A DNA stretch of 64,000 bases from Myxococcota bacterium (lineage in GTDB: Bacteria > Myxococcota_A > SURF-8). Below the pieces are notes generated by a model that saw only the letters and a program-made list of their open reading frames with translations, was not told the origin of the DNA and searched no databases. The position numbers and the translations under genes are program-made. Where the stretch lies: contig OZ223209.1 of assembly GCA_965140415.1 (NCBI GenBank), positions 1,696,001-1,760,000 on the forward strand. Direction: 5' to 3'. Every line of letters starts with the position of its first letter. Position 1 is the first letter of the stretch. This document shows, in pieces, positions 38,648 through 50,400 of this stretch.

Positions 38648-40087
38648 TCAGAAATAATAGAAAAGACCGATCATGGCGCTGATGCCGTGATGCAGTCTTC
38701 GAATGGGTACGTTGTCGCCGATGGAGTAGCCGCTGCCGCGCTTGTCTCCATTGTCATCGACGAATTCCACCAATTCCACAGCGGTCTTGTCGCTGTTCAG
38801 CGGCAGATCCTCGCCGTTAAGCCAGAAATTGGTGTTTAGATCATCCTCGTTTTTATTGAGTGCATAAGTCAGCAGGTAGCGTACTTCAACTCCGATGCCG
38901 AAGTGATGCGTTACGAGATACTCGATACCCAACGCCAGCGGCATCTGCAGGTTGAAATAACTGATCGTGTCGTTCTGAGCCTGCAAGGCAGGGCTATATT
39001 GGCACTGGCCGTCTGCTGCATTGAAGGCATAAGGAACGGCGCATTGGTTGTTGACGACCGGCTGATAGCCGGACTTGGCATAGTCGGGATGCTGATAGGT
39101 TTCCTCGACGTGAACGAGTTGTAGCTTTTCATCGTCCAGGCTGTATTGCTGCCAGGAAAAACCGAGACCGGCCTGGAAGTAAGGCAGCAGTCGACCTTCG
39201 GAAGGTTGGAATCGAACCATCAGATTCAAGGGAATGCGCATGGTCTGGTAATCCAGTTCGGTAACGCTGACATCGGTGATGGCGTCGAAGTCCATCGATC
39301 CCTGGGCCTGTACGAAAGAGACCCGGCGATTCTGCGCCGAGTAGCGCTCGGCAATGGATGTCGCGAAACCGGTTTCGATGACCACTTGCATCCAGGGCTT
39401 GACCTGGATACCGCCACTGACATTCAGAGTCAGCAGGCCGGGAAGAAGATAGGCGAAAGAGGAATCATCGTTGGTCGGTCCTACCGGCATTTCGTATCCG
39501 GTGCGGAAAGTCAAAAAGAAACTTTTCTTTTTTCGTGAAATATTCAGGCTTTCGATCAATCCGGCAGTGATATCCGGGGCAATGCCCTTTTCTTCCAGCG
39601 CCAGCGCGACCACGGCGGCATGCAGCGAGCCGATCAAACCTTCCTGATCGCCGGTCAAGGTCTGGTTGACGCGCCGGACGACGCTGGCGTTTCTGACATC
39701 GATCAGGGTCAAGGCCAGTAAGTAGGTGGCTCCGACCTTGCCGACGCTACCGCGAATGAGGAAGTCGCTGTCCAGTTTCTGGCTGGCGCGGGCGAGATCC
39801 TCGTCGCTGTCTACGCCCATCAGTTGCTTGAATTCCACTTGACCAAGCAGCGCCTGAAGTTCATTTTGTGCCATAACTTCATATAGATAAGTGCGCTCCA
39901 GCTCACTGGCTAGCAGATCGGTCAGGCTGGCGGTGACGCTTTCCGGGACGCCGTTTGCGGCTAATGGCAGAACGATTACATCGCGTTTTTGTTCCTGCGG
40001 CTCCGTTGTTTCTTCCTGGGCAAATACAGTGCTTGTAAGCACTAACGAAAGAAGAATCACCAAGAGTGTCGTGCATTTGGCATTCAT
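38648..40087 (-). CDS. Secreted protein: CsgG/TolB-N-like alpha/beta domain fused to a predicted outer-membrane beta-barrel
   Basis: Signal peptide (VFA); VIVLPL..LTDLLASEL..IRGSVGKVGATYLLALTLID; LPYFQAGLGFS, LGIEYLV..GIGVEVRY, terminal ISAMIGLFYYF. Confidence 0.7.
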   Translation of the reverse strand: MNAKCTTLLVILLSLVLTSTVFAQEETTEPQEQKRDVIVLPLAANGVPESVTASLTDLLASELERTYLYEVMAQNELQALLGQVEFKQLMGVDSDEDLARASQKLDSDFLIRGSVGKVGATYLLALTLIDVRNASVVRRVNQTLTGDQEGLIGSLHAAVVALALEEKGIAPDITAGLIESLNISRKKKSFFLTFRTGYEMPVGPTNDDSSFAYLLPGLLTLNVSGGIQVKPWMQVVIETGFATSIAERYSAQNRRVSFVQAQGSMDFDAITDVSVTELDYQTMRIPLNLMVRFQPSEGRLLPYFQAGLGFSWQQYSLDDEKLQLVHVEETYQHPDYAKSGYQPVVNNQCAVPYAFNAADGQCQYSPALQAQNDTISYFNLQMPLALGIEYLVTHHFGIGVEVRYLLTYALNKNEDDLNTNFWLNGEDLPLNSDKTAVELVEFVDDNGDKRGSGYSIGDNVPIRRLHHGISAMIGLFYYF

Positions 40088-40369
40088 GAATCATTCCCCG
40101 AATTGGTTGTCGCATCTTGCAGCAAAAGCATGCTGCGTGTGTGCGAAACTGGTTATGGTCGGACAAACATGCGAATATTTTCGCGTTTACAGCCGGGCTA
40201 TGTCAAGCCTTTTGTCAAAAAGAGCATTGCCGAATGGAAGATTGGACGTGTTTTGGTGGTGAATATTCACTGAAATCGAGATGCTTGGGAGATGCCGAAT
40301 TCGTACTCTTCTGGCAAAAACTTTTGCTTTCTTGGGAGTATGTTGGTGAAAAGGGGAACTTCGCCCGAT

Positions 40370-41050
40370 TCAGTCCATTTCCGTCAGCAGAATGGTGGTT
40401 GCGATCATCGTGTCCCAGTCATTGAGTTCTCGCTCACTCAGGCCGGGCACGATTTCTTTTAGCCGATCGAACAGTTCCATTTCGGCTTCGTTGAAACCGA
40501 TCAAATCGAAGGGGATGCGGTGACGGTCGGGATGTTGCAGCGGGCATTCATCTTCCAGCACGAAACCGCTGACCGGATCGACGAATGGCACGCCCTGAAA
40601 ACGGCAAATAGAGGGGCGATGGGAGTAGATACGGCATTGCTGCTTCTCATTGAGAAAAGGGCAAGGTGTTTCTTCCAGATGTTGTACTTTGTCCTCTAAG
40701 TTTTCCGGAATATCGCCCATCGTTTGGGGGAAGCTCCAGCCCTCCATTTCGACCTGACTGATCAATTCTTTCGCTTTTTCATACACCACTTTTGCAAAAC
40801 GCCGCGAGCGTTCCTTTTTCAGGATAAGTAGTGAATCTAAAAGGGAAATTTCGAACACTCCCCGGCAACAGTCACAGCAACCGGGAGAACAGGTCGCATC
40901 GACCTCTCCGAATTGATGAGCTTCCTCGAAACGATGGTCGATTCGTTGGAGTAACTTCTTGTAATTACTCAGCAACTTGTCGAGATCACCTGCTTCGAGA
41001 TGCTCGATGAGTTCTTTTACCGTCCGATATACCATGCAGGCATTGTACAT
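40370..41050 (-). CDS. YkgJ-family cysteine cluster (Zn/Fe-chelating) protein
   Basis: CSPGCCDCC, CPFLNEKQQCRIYSHRPSICR. Confidence 0.88.
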   Translation of the reverse strand: MYNACMVYRTVKELIEHLEAGDLDKLLSNYKKLLQRIDHRFEEAHQFGEVDATCSPGCCDCCRGVFEISLLDSLLILKKERSRRFAKVVYEKAKELISQVEMEGWSFPQTMGDIPENLEDKVQHLEETPCPFLNEKQQCRIYSHRPSICRFQGVPFVDPVSGFVLEDECPLQHPDRHRIPFDLIGFNEAEMELFDRLKEIVPGLSERELNDWDTMIATTILLTEMD

Positions 41051-41186
41051 ATTATTTCTGACATTTCAACAAATTTTATAAAAACCGGATTTTAAGGAAA
41101 TCAGGGTTTGTTTTCGCGTTTTCATGGCATTGAAGCTGTGAGAATTAAGCCGCCTTTCCCACAATAAATTGGAAACGAGGTGTGAA

Positions 41187-41203
41187 TTGGTGTAGGATTT
41201 GCA
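41187..41203 (+). promoter_or_regulatory. Possible sigma54 promoter of the giant protein gene
   Basis: TTGGTGTAGGATTTGCA has GG-N10-GC with TTGC at -12. Confidence 0.45.
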
Positions 41204-41476
41204 TGAATTAGTTAATGGACTCGGCCATGTGGTGCTTGCCACAGACATCAACCTGGACAAAAGGTGTTGCATGTGGTAAATTTTCTTTTGTTATTCCAAA
41301 AGGCTACCTCTCCTTACCGGGGATTGAGGGGGAGAGGTCGAAGCCACTCTCACATACCGGGGATTTGGATGACCACGAATGATGTGCAAAATATATCGTA
41401 TATTGTGAAAAAAATGCGACCTTCGCTTTCCCAACCCGGAGTAGAATCCGGGAAAAACAAAATCCGAGGTGTTGTC

Positions 41477-44400
41477 ATGACGCGTAATGTTGTAAGTTCG
41501 ATCCTGTTGGCTTTGCTGGTTTTTCTGCCTGCTGCCTTGATGGCGGAAGACTTTGCCGGATCGGAAATCACTGGTCGTAACCACGGTGGTGATTCCTGGA
41601 TAATCACGGGAAACAGCATGCTGGCTGGAAAGCACGTGAACATCAGTGAGTTCAAGGTGAACTCCGGTGTGCTGGTCGGGATTCCGTATCTTGGCACGTT
41701 GCATGTACGCGCAGAGGAAATCAACATTTGGGGAGAAATCAACGCCGATGGTCGCGGCTATTGGGGTGGCTATGGCGGTGAAGGCGGAGACAGCGAGCGC
41801 GAAGGCGGTCACCATGGTGATTCCGGTGATGGTGAGACGGTCGTTGGACAGAAAATGTATGGCAGCGCCGGAACCAATGGTGGCAAAGGACCGGGTGACA
41901 ACTGTTACCACGGTTTCTTCGATTGTGATTTAGCCGGTTTCTACTGCGGCGGCGGCGGCGGCGGCGGTGGTGGTGGCGCTGGTTATGGAACCGATGGTTG
42001 CAAGGGACAGAACGGTCGCAATAGCTGGAAATTCGGTGGAGGTGATTGCGCGACAAACGTTCAGGGAATTGGTGGTGCCGGTGGTAGCGCCGTTACGAAC
42101 GATGCGGCAGGAACGGCTTATCTGGGTGGTGGTGGTGCCGGTGCCGGTGGTGGTGGTGCCGGTTGGTTCGATGCCCGCAGCGACGGTTCCCTGGGCGGCG
42201 ATGGCGGTGGACGGATTATTCTCGAAGCCACAGATAGCCTGAATGTGTGGAGTACAGGTAAGATCACGGCCAATGGTACTCGCGGATATTCCGGTGGTGA
42301 TACCGGATGGGGATTTTTGGAGTTTGGTGGTTTCTGTTGGCATTTGACCTGCATGAACCACTTTGGCGAAGGTGGTTGGGGAGGCTATGGTGGTGCAGGA
42401 TCCGGCGGAGGTATTTTGCTGTCTGCGCCGAATATGTATCTTTCCAAAAGTGAAGTATTAAGTGCCAAGGGAGGTACAGGAAAAAGCAACGGATACGAGG
42501 ACGATGGCGCAGGCGGCGCGGGAAAGATTCGCCTGTACCGCGACTCGGGTTTGTTCCACACGTTCTATTGCGGCTATTTGACAAATAAGGATAAGTGCCA
42601 TAAAAATGTGTATGCCCTGGATGGTTGTATCGATACGGATAGCAATGGTACCGACGAGCCGGAAATTCACGACAACTACTATGTGACCGTTGAAATTCGT
42701 AAACTGGATGACAATAGTTTGATCCGTTCCTCTCTGGCAAAATTTTCTGTAGATGAGAAACCGTTTTCGACGAACAGCGAAACGATGCAGATGCTTCCGA
42801 CCCGTACCTACCGCATGAATACGGAAGCCAACCTTGTGGATATCGCGCATTTCGATTTCATGGAGTTCCGACATTGGACGGGGTATTCAGACACTTCCGG
42901 AACGAATCAACTGTGGGAGCAAACGAGTCGTAGCTTCGAAATGACTCACACCACAGACCTGAAACTGGTCAGGGCTTATTTCGCCACTGGCGTCTTCTTC
43001 AAGTGGGTGGGCACTGTAAGCAGCGATTGGCAGAATCCCAATAACTGGCGAGTTATCAGCGAAGCCGATCCTAGCGGATATATCCCGCCTCATCCGCCCA
43101 GGCAACACTCCGCGACCGGCTTGAATTTTCCTGTGTATATTCCAGATTCAACTCAGTATGGCTTCGTTTGCATCGTTCAAAACGACGGAGCCAATATCCC
43201 GGAAGCTGTTGCTATGATTGTCGCAGAGGGAGCTGAAATTCGTTGGGATATTTCCAACGATGCGGATTTGGACATAGAGTACTTTTTGTCTGTTTATGGT
43301 GATTTCCTACAGTATGCCACCTCCGGCTCATACTCGTTGACTATTGGTGGAGATCTTGCTGTCGAGGCGGATGCCACTTTTGAGTTGGCTTATGTGGATG
43401 TAGAGGTGAGTGGGAATGTCTCTTTTGGTTCGAACAGTTATGTCGTTAGTGATGATGGAAGTTCCACGTTTGACATTATCGGGAGCACCGATACGGAAAT
43501 AGTGAACAATTCCGAGTTTCTTATTCTGGACAATCTGACCATCAACAAGACCAGCCAGGACAATGTGGTTACTCTGTATGGGAACCTAGGCGCTTACGAC
43601 GTTGCGGTAACCAACAAGCAGGACATCGACTATTTCTACGTGCGGTCCGGTAAATTGGATTTCAATGGCAGCAGTCTTGCCGTCGATGAGCTACTTGAGG
43701 TCAGTAATGTCGGATCGCTGTATTTGCCGTTCGCTTCCGCTGGATCCTCTACTCTGAGAGTCAAAGGGCGCAGCGGTGGAACTCCGCTCGTATTGAGCAA
43801 TGCCAGTGGCTTTACTGGGGTTTCCTTATATGGAGATACAGCCAATATCTATGTTGGACCATTTTACGATTTAGACATTGCACTGCCAAGTGAGACATCT
43901 GCCATTTCCATCGGTGCGCACAGTTCGGTTGAATTGGTGAACGGTGGACGGTTTGTAATTGACAATCGTCAGGAAGAAGACGGTTGGGATTTGGTGATCG
44001 GCAATGGCGCCAAGCTCAGTGCGGAAGATGTTGAATTCAACGTCGATCGAGACTTCATCGTTCGGACACCGGAAGAACTAACATTTACACGCACTTCGCT
44101 TGAAACCGGTTATGGCATCTCCGGCAATGGAGATATGGTAGTGAGCACCGATTCCGCCCATACCTCTTTCGATCGGTATTCCCGCTTTTACCTCACCGGT
44201 GATTTGACGACCACTGGAAGTATTGGTGGAGATGGTGGTTGGATCATCGCCCAGGGCGATACGACGATCAAGTCCGGTGTGACATTCTACAAGTTGGATG
44301 TTTCCGGCGACGCAACCATCGATAATTCCGGTAGTCGCCAGAACCCCATCTTTACGAATGCTGTCGATATCTATGCCGGTGGAGAACTGACGATTTTACC

Positions 44401-47400
44401 GGATGCGTCACTTCGGCTGCTGGATGAGGCTACTGTGTCGGTTTCCGGAACTCTGACTGCGGTGGGAACATACGGTCACTATGCCACCCTAACTCAAGGT
44501 AGCCCGGACAATTATTACGATGTGGTAGTCAACAGCACGGGTACGATCAGCGCGAAATATGCAATCTTCGAGTACATGGATACTGCCGGTCTGGTTGTAT
44601 CCAATGGCGCGACGATCGATTCTGTAAACGATTTTGACAATTGTGTGTTCCGATACAGTAAAGTGGATTCGGTCAGTCCGGAAACATCCACATTTAACAT
44701 GTTGACATTGAACAACAATCAGGAACTCAAGATCACCGGTGCGACATTCATTAGCCCATCCGCTACAGCGGGTGGGGGACATTTGAACGTTCAGAAGTCT
44801 TTGGATCAAGGCTTGGTGTTGTTTACGGATTCCACCTGCAACGGCAGTCCGCTGGGCTGTGGTACCGGGTCGGATATCAGTGGCGAAGCCCACGATTTCG
44901 ATGAGTTCGAGCGCGTTTTCTGGTCGCTCAACGATCCGGCGTATGACGCGACCAACGTTGAAGTCGTTCAGGCTCCGCTCAATTCAGAGAAGGGATTGAT
45001 CCGCCTGTTCATCGACACGGCGGAAAATCCGGTCGGTACCGAATACTGCATTTGGGATCAGAAAACGGGGCCCAACAAGTATGCCAACGGTAGTTGGAAC
45101 CTGGACAATTCGAGTTGCTACTGGGGTACCTATGCTTTCTGGGGCGGCGAAGACGGCTTCCTGCTGGCGGTGCCGGATAACCAGGATTTCGAGCTGCGTA
45201 TCAAGGCAAGGTTGACTCTAGATTTCACAACGATGAGCGACGAAACCCTGCTGGCGGGAGACACCAACACCTACGATACGATTCTTTTCGAAGATCGCAC
45301 TCCGCCGCCGGCTCCCGAACCTCTGACATTAAGCACCATAACCAGCGGTGCGGATGATTACCTGTCTTTTGACTGGACGGATGTTGCCGGAGCGACCGAT
45401 TACATTCTGATGCGCGGTCAAGGGGGCGGGGTTGGCCTCAATGATACGGCTGCTCCTCCAGCCCGGTTGCAACCGGTCAATGGTGTGCTCGATGATTTCT
45501 CTACGACGCGAACGGAATGGACGTACACGTCCTCTCCATACAGCTATCTCGTCGATGGGAAATTGCAGGGTAATGCGGGTGGTGCACACTTCAACTTCGA
45601 TGGAGATGGGTTTAACCTAGACACTACCGATGGGTACATCTACAGCGTGGATGTGAAGAAGTTCAGCGGCACCAACGGCGTGGAATTGACTATCCCTTAT
45701 CTGCAATCGGCAGTTCGTTGGGCTATCGGTGAGGCGGTTGGTAGTAGCCCGACCGTGTATTGGTCCAAGGTGTATTACGGCACCGGTACGTTGCCGGGTG
45801 GCGCAGGCACATTAGTGGACACCACGACGAGCTTCGGTGAAGAATACGAACTGGAAGTTGGTAAATGGCACAATGCCATGGTGTATGTCAAAGGTCAGAT
45901 CGCACGCGGTTTCATCGATGGCGTCAAGATGTGGGAAATGGAATTCGAAAGCGTTACCGGTGATGATATCGCGAAAGTTAACGATATCGGTATGTGGCTG
46001 GATAACACTACGGTGTTGTTCGATAACTTCAGTGTAGCTCCGATGTTGGGTTTGGTCAGCATGTACACCGACGAAACCGCATTGGATGCCGACGCTCCCA
46101 TGACGCCGACCTATACCAACAACGGGGCGACTCCGATGGTTGCGGCAACCGGGACGAATTCCATTCAACTAACGGTTACGTTGCCGGATACTCCTCCCAA
46201 CTCGGCGGCTCCGGATCTGGATTATGGCACCCCGTATTTCTATGTGGCACTGGCGGTCGATGCTGCCGGAAACGTGAGTAACCTCTTGCAGAACCCCGGT
46301 TTCGAAGGCGAGTTGAACAATCGCGGTTTCAGCATCTGGCAGGATGCACCCTCCGAGATGTTGTCGCGTAATCAGGCTACGATGATCGAAGGTTCCAGTA
46401 GCGGCGCTCTTGGATACAACGGCAGCAATGCGCAAACGATCGCCGGTCAGCAGAATGTGACGTTACCGAGTTGGATGGCCACGGTCGATCGTACCGGTGC
46501 GGTGCTGCGTTTCTCGCGTTACTACAAGATCCTCAATTACGTAGCTGGTGATATGTACCCGGCGGTGATCAGTGTAAACGGAACGCCGACTGCGGGAGAT
46601 ATCGTTTATCCGCGTGGCACGAGCGGCGAGTATGCAAGCGATATCAATAGCTGGTTGTTCGTTTCCAATATCGCCGATGTCAGTGATCTGCCGACGTCTG
46701 TTAACAGCGTATCGGTTTATGCCGCTCCCACTGCGACAAGCGACTACGATCTCTATTTCGATCAGAACCGGTTGGATCTGCTTAAAGGCAGTGTCGTCAG
46801 CGAAGGTTACTCCTACACCCAGGTGCAATACCTGCTGGAGAGCGATTGGTTGGACGCCGACAAGAACTGGGCCTGGAACAATTTGACCGAATTGGATCAG
46901 GGTAATACGACCGATACCGGTATGGGTGAGAATAGGCTGCGTTCCTATCGTTTCCGCACCTGCGATGCGCGCGATGCCGCGCCGAAGAATTGCGGTCCCT
47001 GGCAAGGTGGATATACCTGCGCCAACGTGGGAGAATGCCCGACCGGGTATGATGCTTGTAATGAGTTCGGTCTGGAAAAATACTGTGTACGCAGCTTGCC
47101 GCCTACTTCAGGCGGCCAGAATGGCGCGTTGCCGGGTATCGAAGTGTACTCACATTCCAATATCCCGGAAGCGCCGGTTGTGCAGGTGTGGGACGAAGAC
47201 GATTCTTCCTCTCTTAAAGTCAATCTGGATCTGAACTACAGCACCAACCGTGCTCAAACCGACATGCTGGTGTACGGGTTCGTCGCCGATCAAGTTGGCG
47301 AATGCGAAGCCGGAAACGGTGAGCGTGTTGGATTCCTGGATGGCACCGGTATTTTGCGCCCGTTAAGTTCCGCTCCCGAAACCTATTGGGATATTACGCG

Positions 47401-50400
47401 TTCTCTGCATGTGGCCGGTTATGAAGATTCTTCCGGCACGGAACATGGATTGGATCCCAACTCTTGGTATTGCTTCCGGGCATTGGCTCGCAACCACGAC
47501 GGCATCCTGACCAGCGATCCAAACGGTACCGACGGTTGGATGTATGGTTGGAATGGCTGGTCGGATCTCAGTAATGCCATGCAGCCTCCGGCGCGGCCCT
47601 TTATCGTGGCCGATTCTCTGTCGATCAAATACGGTGTTGGCATGAATGGCGGTGTTCCGCGTGCCATGGCCGTCGATTACGATCCTGCGCAACCCGAACT
47701 TGGCGGTACCGTGCAGGAAGCGTATTTCACGGTGGAAGATGCTAATAACCTCACCACCCCCGATACCTATGTGGATGTCAGCAGCATCGAATTCCGTGTT
47801 TCGCCGCACGGCATCTGGAATGGTACCGGCATTTACAAGAGCGGATATTTCCAGGCCACCACGGACGACTATGGTGCGACGTGGAGCTTCTCCAAGAAGT
47901 ACGAAGATCAATACGGTAACCCGACGGTCACATTGCTGACCGATCAGTGCTCGGTAACGCAGGACGGCGATCAGTTGGATGTCAAGTTCGCCTGGATGCT
48001 GAACAAGGCTCCTATCACTGCCAATTACCGTCCGGACCAGGATCAGGGCGTGCAGATTCAACTGGAAGATGCAAACTCGTTGATGTCCTATTTCGGTAAT
48101 AACACCATGTACGGCTGTGACAAGGTTTTCCATACGTCCTACCTGCCGCAGTCGCCGCGACTGACCAGCCCGTCAGATGATACCTGGGTGAGCAAGTCGC
48201 TGCTCTCCAGCGTCGATTTCTCTTTCGAATCCGATTTCGACAATGACCGGCTGTATCTCGAAGATATCTACAACTTGTGCACAACTTTGGGCACCTGTGT
48301 GGATTGGGGACTCAGCGGTCCGCTCAATTGCGTCGATACCGATGGGGCTACCGACCATGCCGACGATGTCGAATTCCAGATGGCGTTGTATACGGCAGTT
48401 GATGGTAATGGCGTCTGCTCCGGTTCTCCGGCAGCTCCTGCTGCGCCGTTCTGGCTGACCAAGGATTCACCGGAATACAGTGAAGAAAGCAACGATTACA
48501 AGTTGCAGCAGAGTGTAAATATCACTTCTCTGGCGGATGGCGTCTATTATTGGTGTGTCAAGACACAGGACGAGCATAACTACAGTTCGGGTCTGCGTGA
48601 TGATCCCGACCCGGTTGTGGCGCCTGCTGTCACCAATAAACTGGGTATCGACAGCGTCAAGCCGGTAATGGGTACGCTTTCCGTCGATGGCCGCAGTGTC
48701 AGCGAACCGGCGACGGTTTCTCTTGTCAATGGCGAGTGGACCTTCCGCAATTACATGCGCTTCAAGTGGTTCGACGCCGAGCAGGATCCCATGGGGCTGG
48801 GCGAAGACAAGACGGCTCCGATCAAGGGCTACCATTACAAGTTGATGCTGCGCACCGATGCGTCCGGCCGTGTGGCTCCCAGTACCGGTGGTTATTGGGT
48901 AAACAAGCATTCCGATCCGGCTCACGAATATATCGTGACGACCATCGACGGAAGCAACTACTGGACTACGGTCCAGGTTCCTATCGGCGTGCATCAATTC
49001 GGTGTACAGGCCGAGGACATGGCCGGCAACATCAGCGATCCAGTCTGGTTCGAGATGCGAGTGGATGTCTCCACTCTGGATGCTCCGATCATTCGCAGCG
49101 ATTCGCATCCCAACGAGGATGAGATTTACTGTAACCATTCATTGAGCGATGATGGATTGAGTGTCAATCTGGACCCGGATGCGTTTGACCCGCAATTCGA
49201 GATCGTTCATCCCACGGTGGCCAATCTGCGCGAATACATTCTGGAATACGGCGCGGATATGGACCTGGACAGCACATACTGCAACCCGGATGCGGATCTA
49301 TCCCAATGTACCGGCTACCCCTGGTCGCTGGCCTACAGCGGGATCAAAAGCTACAGTTTTACTGTTAACGACAAGCGCTGTAGCGGTGGCTATCCGGATG
49401 CCACGCCGGAAGACGACAACAATCCCGGCGCGTTGAGCACGATCTGTGATCAGTATATGAGTTGCACCGATAGCGATCAGACCGGTTCAAGCTGGAATAC
49501 GCAGTTCCACTTTACTTTCGATCGCGAGGATTCGTACAACATCTACGACATGCTCACCTACTTCATCAAGCATGGTCCGGCGGTTAAGGCGGGCTCATGG
49601 TACTTTAAACTGATGGGTGAATCGTTGGCGGGCGCGACTACCGGTTGTTCCGACTACCGCGTCAACCTCTGTTATTGCGATGGCAACCCACCATGTAAAG
49701 ATGCCGATCCCAATGCCGCCCGCATGGGTGTTGGATCGATGGCTTTCTTCGGTGGCGGTCGGCTGGACACCGGCAGTCTGGATGGTTCCGGCTCCGATGA
49801 CGGCTCCAGCCAGGAAGTGCTGGTATTGCCGTTCTACATGGACCGCAAGGAAGTCAGCAATGCCGACTATCAGGCCTGTGTGACGGAAGGTGTTTGTCAG
49901 GCTCTACCTGAAACCCTGTTCGCTTCCAATACCCGACCGTTGTACTACGAGGACGAAACCTACCAGGATTACCCGGTGGTGAACGTCAGTTGGGACAACG
50001 CGCAGAGCTATTGCCAGTGGGTGGAAAAGCGGCTGCCATACGACACTGAATGGCTCTATGCTGCGCAGGGGCAGGTGTCCGATGCGGACGGTCTCTCGAC
50101 CAGTTTCTATAATGATCTGTATGAGTTTGGCGATACGGTCAGTGTTGCTGAGCATCATGGTCCCGCCGTTCAGACCGATATCGATCCGCTGAACCTGTTC
50201 AATAACGTTTCGGAATGGGTACAGGATTGGTGGCTGCCTTTGGATGCGGTGGATTACGTCACGATGCCTCGTGGTCCGGAATCGACCGAAATCTGTCTGC
50301 AACAGTGTGAAGATGGTGCAGAGACACAGCAGCCGAGTGAGAATGAATTCAGCCTGTTCAACGTCATTCGCGAAATGGGTTTTGCTGAGGACGTGAACGA

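Noticed and set aside
41264-41476. Longer N-terminus of the giant ORF as given in the track
   Set aside because: Signal peptide and RBS support ATG 41477; the same reasoning moved starts to 876, 8651, 24479, 38432, 53274 and 56827.
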